Assembly: GCA_963665115.1 (NCBI GenBank)
Contig: OY762007.1
Coordinates: 8,160,001 to 8,224,000, forward strand
Origin: an uncultured Rivularia sp.
GTDB taxonomy: Bacteria; Cyanobacteriota; Cyanobacteriia; Cyanobacteriales; Nostocaceae
DNA: 64,000 bases
Direction of reading: 5' to 3'
Positions 55,712-64,000 of this stretch are shown here, piece after piece. The first letter of the stretch is position 1, and each line of letters begins with the position of its first letter. The notes below the pieces were generated by a model. That model was given only the letters and a program-made list of their open reading frames with translations. It was not told where the DNA came from and did not search any database. A program made the position numbers and the translations under genes.

Positions 55712-56299
55712 ATGGACAAAAAAATATTATTAGAGCAAGAGCATAAAAAAACAGGATTCAAGGTTTTCCTAGCCTCTATGGAAGATAGTCATATCAAGCA
55801 CTTAATCAAACTTGCTCAAGATCCAAGTTTACCAGATTTATTGGGTTGGAACACATTTTTTGAACTTGATGAGACGGAACAATTCATAGAAGCGATTTCA
55901 TCTTACGCTCTCCCTTATTCTCGAAAAAGTCAGCCCCTGGTATTTGGAGTTTATTTAGATCCAGAAAGTTTACCAATTGGATATGTAGTATTAAAAGGCT
56001 TGAATACGGATTTGTTGACTAGTGAAATCGGAGTGGCAATTTTAGATCAAAAATATAGGAGTAAAGGATATGGCAAGCTAGCATTAAAACGACTCGTTAT
56101 TTATGCATTCGATGAATTACAGATTAAAACAATTGGATCGGCCATTTTGTCGTCAAACAAGAGTTCAATAAATATGACTAAAAATCTAGGTTTTATAGTT
56201 AGTGAAATTATGTATAAATCGTGGCCAATGCCTAATGGTGACTTAGTAGATATGGTATTGATGGAATTGACAAAGGAAACATGGGTTGCCACAATCTAA
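55712..56299 (+). CDS. GNAT (RimJ/RimL-like) acetyltransferase
   Basis: EIGVAILDQKYRSKGYGK acetyl-CoA motif; N..S.....LGF. Confidence 0.85.
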   Translation: MDKKILLEQEHKKTGFKVFLASMEDSHIKHLIKLAQDPSLPDLLGWNTFFELDETEQFIEAISSYALPYSRKSQPLVFGVYLDPESLPIGYVVLKGLNTDLLTSEIGVAILDQKYRSKGYGKLALKRLVIYAFDELQIKTIGSAILSSNKSSINMTKNLGFIVSEIMYKSWPMPNGDLVDMVLMELTKETWVATI

Positions 56300-56443
56300 A
56301 TTTTAGTTACTTTGTTGACTATTCATCACATTCTTCAATAGAAGACTAGCACGAAGACAACGAATAGGATCTACAATCGAGGAAGTAATGAAAATAATTT
56401 TAATTAATTTAATCAACACATACAATTTTATGAAAATAATTAT

Positions 56444-57037
56444 ATGCCGTACAGTCAATTTACTATAGAAGAAATTAAAACAAACTTTGGCATTACTATT
56501 TCGGAAAAATTTGGTATTTTTGCTGATGTGCCAGAAATAGAATTTAGTGATTTTCTTGCACAATCTTTTAAAGAATATCTTCCTTTAGCGTTGGCAATCA
56601 ATACAGAAAAAGCCCGTTCTGAACTGATTATAATGCCAATATTGGTAGAAATTAAAAAACAATTATCTTCTCAAATAAGTATTTTTTCTGGTAAAGATTT
56701 TAGCGTCGAACCAACTCAAGGTTTAACTGGATTTTGCGATTTCTTAATTAGTCTTTCTCCAGAACAATTGGTTATAGAAGCTCCGGTAGTAACTTTGGTA
56801 GAAGCAGAAAACGATAATATTCAATCTGGATTAGGACAATGTATGGCTGAAATGATAGCCGCTCAAATATTTAACCAAAGAAAAGGTAAGGAAATTTCTA
56901 CGATTTATGGTGTGGTAACTACTGGAACTAATTGGAAATTTTTAGCGCTTAAAGATCAAATTATAGAAATAGATTTGAATGAATATTTCATCAGTCAATT
57001 GGGTAAGATTTTAGGGATTTTGAAAAGTCTAATTTGA
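56444..57037 (+). CDS. PD-(D/E)xK-fold hypothetical protein of a family common in cyanobacteria
   Basis: EKARSELII.PIL, GFCDFLIS, VEAE, GLGQCMAEM.AA, YGVVTTG..W.F. Confidence 0.75.
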   Translation: MPYSQFTIEEIKTNFGITISEKFGIFADVPEIEFSDFLAQSFKEYLPLALAINTEKARSELIIMPILVEIKKQLSSQISIFSGKDFSVEPTQGLTGFCDFLISLSPEQLVIEAPVVTLVEAENDNIQSGLGQCMAEMIAAQIFNQRKGKEISTIYGVVTTGTNWKFLALKDQIIEIDLNEYFISQLGKILGILKSLI

Positions 57038-57134
57038 GATTTTAACCGCCAGATTAAACCTCTAACTCCTAACTCCTAAAAGACGTAGCACTGCTACGTC
57101 TCTACACTCCGGTGGTACTAGCTCCTAACTTTCC

Positions 57135-58142
57135 CTACGGCACTTGCCAAATCCTTTGATGATAATTATCGATATCTGCGTAGGGATCTACGGGTGGGTG
57201 TGAATGGTCGTGATTGTGATGATGATGGTGGTCGTGAGAATGTCCGTGCCCATGATTATCTGATACTGCGGCAGTGCGGAATTTACACATTTCGCAATTC
57301 ATCTTCACTTCGCCGAGTTGCGTTTCTATTTCTCGCTCTCGCAGCACTGTTAATAATTCTGGCTGCAAACCGATTTCTGGTAAAGCATTAATGGAAATAT
57401 CTGGATATTGTTCTTGCTGTTGGGCTGTAATATCAAAGATTTTTTTCATCAAAGTACCCATAAACAAGAAGTATGGCAAAACAATGATGCGTTTCGGTTT
57501 ATATAAACGAGCGCGTTGAAAGCCTTCTTCTAATCGGGGATGCGTGATGCCAATAAAGCAGGTTTCAACGGTGGAATAACCGCTACCTTCCCAAATAATC
57601 CGAGCTAATTTGTATACATCGCCGTTTGCGTCGGGGTCGCTGGAACCCCTACCTACAAACAAAAGTACGGTATCCTGACGCGAAATTTGTTGGGGATTAT
57701 GTTCGGGTTTGTCGAACTCGGCTAAACGATTGCGCCATAATTCGATAAAGGTGGGTGTAATTCCGAAATGTCTTCCGTAATGAAACTTTAATTCGGGATA
57801 TCTCACCCTAGCGCGATCTAATTCGTTGGTAATATCAAATTTATTGTGTCGTGCGGCAAATAATAAAATCGGTAAAGCTGAAAGTTCGGTGTAACCGTTT
57901 TTGATGCATTCGTCCACACCTTCTTGAATTGTCGGCTCAGTTAGTTCCAAAAAACAAGGTAAAACCGGACGAGAATTATCTAAAGCTTGGTAAGCACTAG
58001 CAAAATCCAACAAAGCCTGCTTTCCTTGGGCATTTCTTGTACCATGCCCAATCATAAGCAAAGGACGCTTCATTGGTAAAGGTGGTAATTCTAGGTTTGG
58101 AAATTGTAACTTTGTCGAATTTGATTTATCGATAATTTGCAT
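57135..58142 (-). CDS. cbiX: Sirohydrochlorin cobaltochelatase CbiX (long form)
   Basis: [38 protein letters not shown] and His-rich tail; ATG at 58142. Confidence 0.92.
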   Translation of the reverse strand: MQIIDKSNSTKLQFPNLELPPLPMKRPLLMIGHGTRNAQGKQALLDFASAYQALDNSRPVLPCFLELTEPTIQEGVDECIKNGYTELSALPILLFAARHNKFDITNELDRARVRYPELKFHYGRHFGITPTFIELWRNRLAEFDKPEHNPQQISRQDTVLLFVGRGSSDPDANGDVYKLARIIWEGSGYSTVETCFIGITHPRLEEGFQRARLYKPKRIIVLPYFLFMGTLMKKIFDITAQQQEQYPDISINALPEIGLQPELLTVLREREIETQLGEVKMNCEMCKFRTAAVSDNHGHGHSHDHHHHHNHDHSHPPVDPYADIDNYHQRIWQVP

Positions 58143-58199
58143 TATTTTCAAAAGGCTCCCTTCCCGTGCTACGCAGGAAATAAAGTGAGCGAATAACAA

Positions 58200-58395
58200 A
58201 TAGGTGTTCTGGCTCAAGGATTAAGAGTGAGGAGTTAGGAATGAGGAGTTAGGAATTAAGAATTAAATTGATTCACTAAATACATTCACAACTCATAACT
58301 CATAACCCTTTTACAGTTGCGGCACAGCCCCGGAATTTCACCGGAGTTTCCCTAGTCTGTTAAGGTTCACGTTTGTTTAGTTATATTAGCCGAAT
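58200..58395 (-). ncRNA. Cobalamin riboswitch
   Basis: Minus strand: GGGAAacTCCGGTGAAATTCCGGGGCTGTGCCGCAACTGTAA ... GAGCCAGAACACCT upstream of cbiX; 5' end approximate. Confidence 0.9.
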
Positions 58396-58506
58396 CCGTG
58401 TGTATTGCGAAATGCAGGATGGGGGGATGAGGGATGGGGAGAGGGGGAGACAAGGAGTGAGTAGCAAGTAGCGAGTATCAAGCTCGAAACTTCTAAAAAA
58501 TATTTG

Positions 58507-58672
58507 GGCGTTGCTGAATTGAGATATGAATTTATTATTACTGTCTAATAGCAGCCTCCTAAATCCCCCAAGTTTGGTTCTATTTAAAATATATTTCTCC
58601 CCCAAAATTGGGGGTTGGGGGGCTGTTCATACTTTTATATGGCTAGCGCCACGCTCCGCTAACAGCAACGCC
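58507..58672. mobile_element. MITE with 10-bp TIR and 8-bp target duplication
   Basis: AATATTTG-GGCGTTGCTG ... CAGCAACGCC-AATATTTG. Confidence 0.85.
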
Positions 58673-58692
58673 AATATTTGATCTTTCTAATA

Positions 58693-58748
58693 GTAGTGCG
58701 AGCATCTTGCTCGCTGTATGTCTCTAGCGAGCAAGATGCTCGCACTAC
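58693..58748. repeat. Inverted REP doublet (REPIN-like)
   Basis: GTAGTGCGAGCATCTTGCTCGC-spacer-GCGAGCAAGATGCTCGCACTAC. Confidence 0.8.
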
Positions 58749-58825
58749 CAAATTGAATTATATATTTATTAACTCTTAACTGGTAACTCCTAACCGGTAA
58801 CTGCTCACTGCTCACTGTTCACTGC

Positions 58826-60640
58826 CTAAGCCGGAATTACAAATTCTTCTGTTCCCCCTAACTCAAATGCTGCATGAATCGCTTTTAAGGCTTTGACTCC
58901 TTGGTTTTCTGCTACTACGCAACTGATTTTTATTTCTGAGGTGGTTATCATTTGAATGTTGATGCTCTCTTGAGATAGGGATTCAAACATTTTTGCTGCA
59001 ACTCCGGGTTGCCCTACCATTCCCGCACCAACTATGCTCACTTTGGCAATTTCCATGTCAAGCACCACTTCACCCCAACCGCATTCTGCCGTAGCTTTCT
59101 GTAATAATTCTTGGGCTGCTCGTGCGTCTACTCTGGCTACGGTAAAGGCTATATCTCTGGTGGGAATACCTTTGATTACGTGACAGCGCTGGGATTGAAT
59201 TATCATGTCAACGCTAATGTTGTGATTCGCTAAGGTGCCAAAGATTTTTTCTGCCATACCTGGCGTATCGGGTACTCTACGAATCCCCAAACGTGCTTGT
59301 TTCATGTCTAGGGCTACTCCCCTGACTGGAGACTGGGAAGCGATTGGAGAAATAGAGAGAGAAGGAGCGGGGGTAAGAGAATCTTCGGCTATTTCAAATG
59401 TTTCTCGCAGTGCTGCTACGGCTTTTTCGCAATCAGAAGAGTCAATTACACAGCTAACTTTTACTTCACTTGTGGAAATCATTCTGATGTTTATTCCCCT
59501 ACGCGCTAGGGTTGCAAACATTTCGGCTGCTACACCGGGACGACCAATCATTCCCGCACCAACTATACTTACCTTGGCAATCTGTTGCTGGATCATCACT
59601 TCGGCTTCTTCTGCTTCGTCTGAAGTGCGGAGTGCTGGGGCGATCGCCGAAGCGACTGCCTCTGCTTTCTGTAATATCGGTGACATTACTGTAAAGGCTA
59701 TGTCGTTGGTATTACCTTCGTGAATGGATTGAATAATTAAATCTACGTCCACTTTCTGACGGGCAATTTCCCCAAATAGCTGCGCTGCGACTCCCGGTCT
59801 ATCGGGTACGCGCAATAATGATACTTTGGCTTGGTTGGTATCAAATTCAATATCGTCAACAGGTCGGGCTATTTCTAAGTTAATTAGAGAACGCGGTTTT
59901 GGATCGGGTGAATTAACTACAGTTCCAGGGTGATTCGTCCAGCTAGAACGTACTACCAACTGCACGCCATAATTTCGGGCTATTTCTACAGCGCGGGGAT
60001 GCAAAACTTTTGCTCCTAAAGAAGCTAATTCCAGCATTTCATCACTGGTAACTTCTGCCATCAATTGCGCTTGAGGAACCAAACGCGGATCTGTAGTTAA
60101 TATCCCCGGTACATCTGTATAAATTTCACATTTTTCTGCACTCAAGGCAGCGGCGATCGCCACTGCTGAAGTATCGGAGCCGCCTCTTCCCAAGGTGGTA
60201 ATCTCTAATTCTTCGGTACTGCTAATTCCCTGAAAACCAGCAATTACAACTACTCTACCTTCTTCTAAACATTTTTCTATTCTATCGGTAGCAATATGTA
60301 AAATGCGAGCGCGGGTATGTTCTGCTTCAGTAACAATTCCTACCTGGGCACCAGTTAAAGAAATTGCTGGCTGTCCGATTTCCTGCAAAGCCATACTAAC
60401 CAAAGCAATAGATACCTGTTCCCCAGTCGAAAGCAACATATCCATTTCTCGTCTTGAAGGGCGAGGAGAAATATCATTCGCCAGTTTCACAAGTCCATCA
60501 GTAGTTTTTCCCATAGCAGAAACCACCACAACCACAGAATTTCCGGCTTTGGCAGTGTCGCAAACGCGCTTTGCTACTGCTTGAATGCGTTCAACTGAAC
60601 CGACAGAAGAACCACCGTATTTTTGAACTATAAGCGCCAT
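58826..60640 (-). CDS. lysC: Aspartate kinase (cyanobacterial type with four ACT domains)
   Basis: [39 protein letters not shown], repeated ACT domains. Confidence 0.95.
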   Translation of the reverse strand: MALIVQKYGGSSVGSVERIQAVAKRVCDTAKAGNSVVVVVSAMGKTTDGLVKLANDISPRPSRREMDMLLSTGEQVSIALVSMALQEIGQPAISLTGAQVGIVTEAEHTRARILHIATDRIEKCLEEGRVVVIAGFQGISSTEELEITTLGRGGSDTSAVAIAAALSAEKCEIYTDVPGILTTDPRLVPQAQLMAEVTSDEMLELASLGAKVLHPRAVEIARNYGVQLVVRSSWTNHPGTVVNSPDPKPRSLINLEIARPVDDIEFDTNQAKVSLLRVPDRPGVAAQLFGEIARQKVDVDLIIQSIHEGNTNDIAFTVMSPILQKAEAVASAIAPALRTSDEAEEAEVMIQQQIAKVSIVGAGMIGRPGVAAEMFATLARRGINIRMISTSEVKVSCVIDSSDCEKAVAALRETFEIAEDSLTPAPSLSISPIASQSPVRGVALDMKQARLGIRRVPDTPGMAEKIFGTLANHNISVDMIIQSQRCHVIKGIPTRDIAFTVARVDARAAQELLQKATAECGWGEVVLDMEIAKVSIVGAGMVGQPGVAAKMFESLSQESINIQMITTSEIKISCVVAENQGVKALKAIHAAFELGGTEEFVIPA

Positions 60641-61034
60641 GATTATTGTATGGGAGATATATGGGGAATTATGTTACCGTTTCAAAGCCACCGAAGTAGC
60701 AGGCATCAACAAGTATATTACTAACAATTTATCAGACAGCACACCGCTTATGAAAGTTAAGAGTTGGGGGAGAGGGGGAGAGGGGGAGATGCGGAGATGC
60801 GGAGACAAGGGGAGAGGGGACATTATTAAAGTAGTGAGTAGTAAGTAATGAGTAATGAGTAGTAAGTAATGAGTAACAAGTCGCGAGTAAAAATAGACGG
60901 GCAGAAGTACCGACATTTATAACAATAATAAAAAAGTGATTTACTTGCTACTCTCTACTCCCTACTCCCTACTCCCTACTCAATACTCCTAACTATTCCC
61001 AATGCCCCATGCCCCATGCCCAATTCCCAATTAA

Positions 61035-61763
61035 TTACTGCACTATTCCCGATCGCAATGCCCGCACTGCTGCTTGTGTGCGATCATCTACGCAAAGTTT
61101 ACTGAGAATTCCTCTGACGTGGGTTTTTACGGTACCAATTGTTAAGTATAGTTCTTTGGCAATTGCTGCGTTGTCGCATCCAGAAACGATTAATTCTAAT
61201 ACTTCTAATTCCCGTTTTGTTAATGGGTAAGTTTCTATAACTTTTTCTACTTCTGGATCTACTGCTTGAATTGCAACTGTTTTGGCATCCGCACCTGCTT
61301 TTCCTTCGGATACTTCTTGGCGTACTTGTCGCAATACAATATCTGCAATTGCTGGATCGATCCAAGATCCGCTTGAAGCTGTTGCTTGTACTGCTTCTAC
61401 TAATTTATCGCTTTCAATATCTTTCATACAGTAGGAGTCAGCACCAGCTCCAAAAGCTGCTAGTACCGCTTCGTCACTGTTTTGCATAGTTAAAATTAAC
61501 AGTTTGGTATCTTGGTTTTCAATTTCTGCTTGATATTGCCGAAATCTTCGCGTTAACTCAATACCGTCTATATCTGGTAAACCAAGATCGATAGTAGCAA
61601 CATCTGGCTTTAAGCTTTTAAGAAGATTTAAACCATCAGTTCCGTTGGAAGCTTCACCAACGATTTTAATGTCTTCGCGAGTTTCTAAAGCCGCTCTTAA
61701 ACCGATCCTAGTTAGATTATGGTCTTCGATTACGACTACTTTAATTTCACTCATATTATGCAA
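61035..61763 (-). CDS. NarL-family response regulator
   Basis: IEDH, DLGLPDIDG, LTKRELEVL..TVKTHV. Confidence 0.92.
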   Translation of the reverse strand: MHNMSEIKVVVIEDHNLTRIGLRAALETREDIKIVGEASNGTDGLNLLKSLKPDVATIDLGLPDIDGIELTRRFRQYQAEIENQDTKLLILTMQNSDEAVLAAFGAGADSYCMKDIESDKLVEAVQATASSGSWIDPAIADIVLRQVRQEVSEGKAGADAKTVAIQAVDPEVEKVIETYPLTKRELEVLELIVSGCDNAAIAKELYLTIGTVKTHVRGILSKLCVDDRTQAAVRALRSGIVQ

Positions 61764-62018
61764 CCTCTACCCACATTATCTAAAACCCTATTCAAGATAG
61801 CAGAGCTATTCTATTAGAAACTATTATGTTTATTGTATTAAATACGTTTACAAATGCCATTACAAGCCTTGTCTTTACAAATAGTTATAAATTTATTTTT
61901 TATATTTCATCCTTACGATAGATACCTATATACACTAGGACTTAACTGTAGAAGCTAGAAAAAATAAGGTTAGAACGATTAGTCTTTTAATAGTGACCAG
62001 TCACCAGTGACCAATTCT

Positions 62019-62253
62019 TAACTCCTAACTCTTAACTCCTAACTCTTAACTCCCTACTTCCTACTTCCTACTTCCTACTCCTAACTCTTAACTCTTAACT
62101 CTTAACTTCCTACTTCCTACTTCCTACTCCTAACTCTTAACTCCCTACTTCCTACTTCCTACTCCTAACTCTTAACTCTTAACTCCCTACTTCCTACTTC
62201 CTACTTCCTACTTCCTACTCCTAACTCTTAACTCCCTACTTCCTACTCCTAAC
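62019..62253. repeat. Long mixed STRR array (TAACTCT/TAACTCC/TACTTCC)
   Basis: About 235 bp of tandem heptamer variants. Confidence 0.9.
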
Positions 62254-62278
62254 CCTTCACTTTCAATGTCCATTCGTT

Positions 62279-64000
62279 ATGAACCAAAGTCGTCATCCTG
62301 CTAAAACTGATAATACTTCCCAAGGCGAAGCTCGCTTTGGACGAGTTATGCAGGCTATGACGCAGATTGTTTGCTGTACGGATGCGGATGGACGGGCTAC
62401 CTATTTTAATCAAAAATGGCACGAAGTAACTGGATTGAATGAAAGTCAATCTTTGAATTTTAATTTTCTACAGGCTATTCATCAATCCGAACGCGATACG
62501 GTTTCTCAGTCTTGGTTGTCTGCGGTAAAAGAGCGCAAGTCATGGGAATACGAGTTTAGAATTATACATAAAAATAAAAAGCCTTATTGGTATACAGCTT
62601 ATGCCCAGCCTTGTTTTGATGAAGAAGAACAGGTTATTGAATGGGTAGTTGTTTGCAATAATATTAACGAATATAAGCGAAGCGAAATTAGTTTAGAACA
62701 GCAGAGCAAAATTAAGTTAGAAGTCCAAGAAGCGCAAACCGAGATTCAAAAATACTTTGAAAGACTAACCTTAGCTTTAGATGCTGCAAAGATGGGTTCT
62801 TGGCATTGGGATTCATTTACTAATAAAAATTTGTGGACTCCTTACCACGAAACTATTTTCGGCTACGAACCGGGAGATGGAGAACATACCTATGAGGATT
62901 GGGCAACTCGGGTTCATCCTGACGATTTACCATCGGCTGAGACTGCTTGGAAAACCGCGCTACAAGAACATATTGATTATGTTTGCGAGTACCGGATAGT
63001 TTTACCCGATAATACTCTACGCTGGGTTGAATCTTACGGACGATACTATTACGATGACAGCGGCAAAGCTTTGCGGATGGCGGGAAACTGTCACCGATAT
63101 TACCGAACGTAAAAAAGCACGGCAGGCTTTAGAGTCAAGCGAACTTCGCTACAGTACTTTAGCTCAAATCTCTCCCGTTGGTATTTATCGTTGCGATGCG
63201 TCTGCGAATTTACTTTACGTCAATCAACGCTGGTGTGAAATAACCGGGTATACTTTCGATTCGGTTATTAATCAACGATGGCGTGCAACAGTTCATCCGC
63301 AAGATAAAGCGCGAGTGGAAGCACAAGTAAAAATCACGTTCGAGCAAGCAATACCTTTTGAGTGCGAATTTCGCTTTCAACGTCCAGATAATTCTGTGGT
63401 TTGGGTATTAGCTCAATCTGTTCCGGAAATGAATGCAGATGGAGTATTAATAGCTCATGTAGGTACAGTTACTGATATTAGCTATCAAAAAGAATCGGAG
63501 AAAGCGCTGCGAGAAAGTGAAGAACGTTTTCGTGCGACTTTTGAACAAGCAGCAGTGGGTATCGCTCACGCAGATAAGAATGGTAAATTTATCCGCGTGA
63601 ACCAGAAACTTTGCGATATTTTAGGTTATACACGCTCCGAACTTTTGCAGCGCACTTTTCTTCAAGTTACTTATGCAGATGATTTAAACAGCGATTTGAA
63701 ACAGGTTCGCAATTTATTGTCTGGTAAAATTGCAAATTTCTCAATGGACAAGCGCTATACCTGTAAAGATGGTTCTGCAATCTGGGTAGAGATGACGGTT
63801 TCTTTCGTGCGTCGAGCAAACGGGGAACCTGATTATTTTCTTAGTGTAATTCAAGATATTAGTCAACGCAAACAAGCGCAATCCGAATTACAACTTCGAG
63901 CGCAGGAGCAAGAAGAATTAAATATACTATTAACTGAGACTACATCCCAATTAAGAAAACGTAACTCGGAATTAGACCAATTCGCCTATGTCGCTTCCCA
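62279..64000 (+). CDS. Multi-PAS sensor histidine kinase (partial); apparent frameshift at ~63086
   Basis: Repeated PAS/PAC domains; the shifted frame reads TVTDITERKKA...RFRATFEQAAVG...ELDQFAYVASH (H-box) at the window end. Confidence 0.88.

Noticed and set aside
62019..62253. Possible CRISPR or coding repeat
   Set aside because: Pure heptamer tandem repeats with no spacers

Overview
64 kb of a filamentous, probably heterocyst-forming cyanobacterial chromosome (Nostocales-like). Support: AT-rich sequence, at least 14 HIP1 GCGATCGC octamers, abundant heptameric STRR repeats, and genes for a helical carotenoid protein, Psb32, SipA and GroEL2. Most of the window is housekeeping and signalling genes (surE, galE, groEL2 with CIRCE, corA, rnpB-rnc, ppk2, cbiX with a B12 riboswitch, lysC, several two-component proteins). 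It carries three separate IS200/IS605-type RNA-guided (OMEGA) elements: (1) an intact tnpB element inserted after codon 8 of a pfpI gene, (2) an intact iscB with its omegaRNA, and (3) a protein-less tnpB-derived miniature element. There is also a layer of MITEs and REP-like palindromes, and a tiny insertion inside a HIP1 site in an Omp85 gene. The least explicable coding module is a histamine-N-methyltransferase-like tandem methyltransferase plus GNAT pair. Ten genes are split by extra bases in short homopolymers, most likely sequencing errors. No CRISPR array, rRNA or tRNA was seen. All family assignments are from motif recognition; no searches were run.
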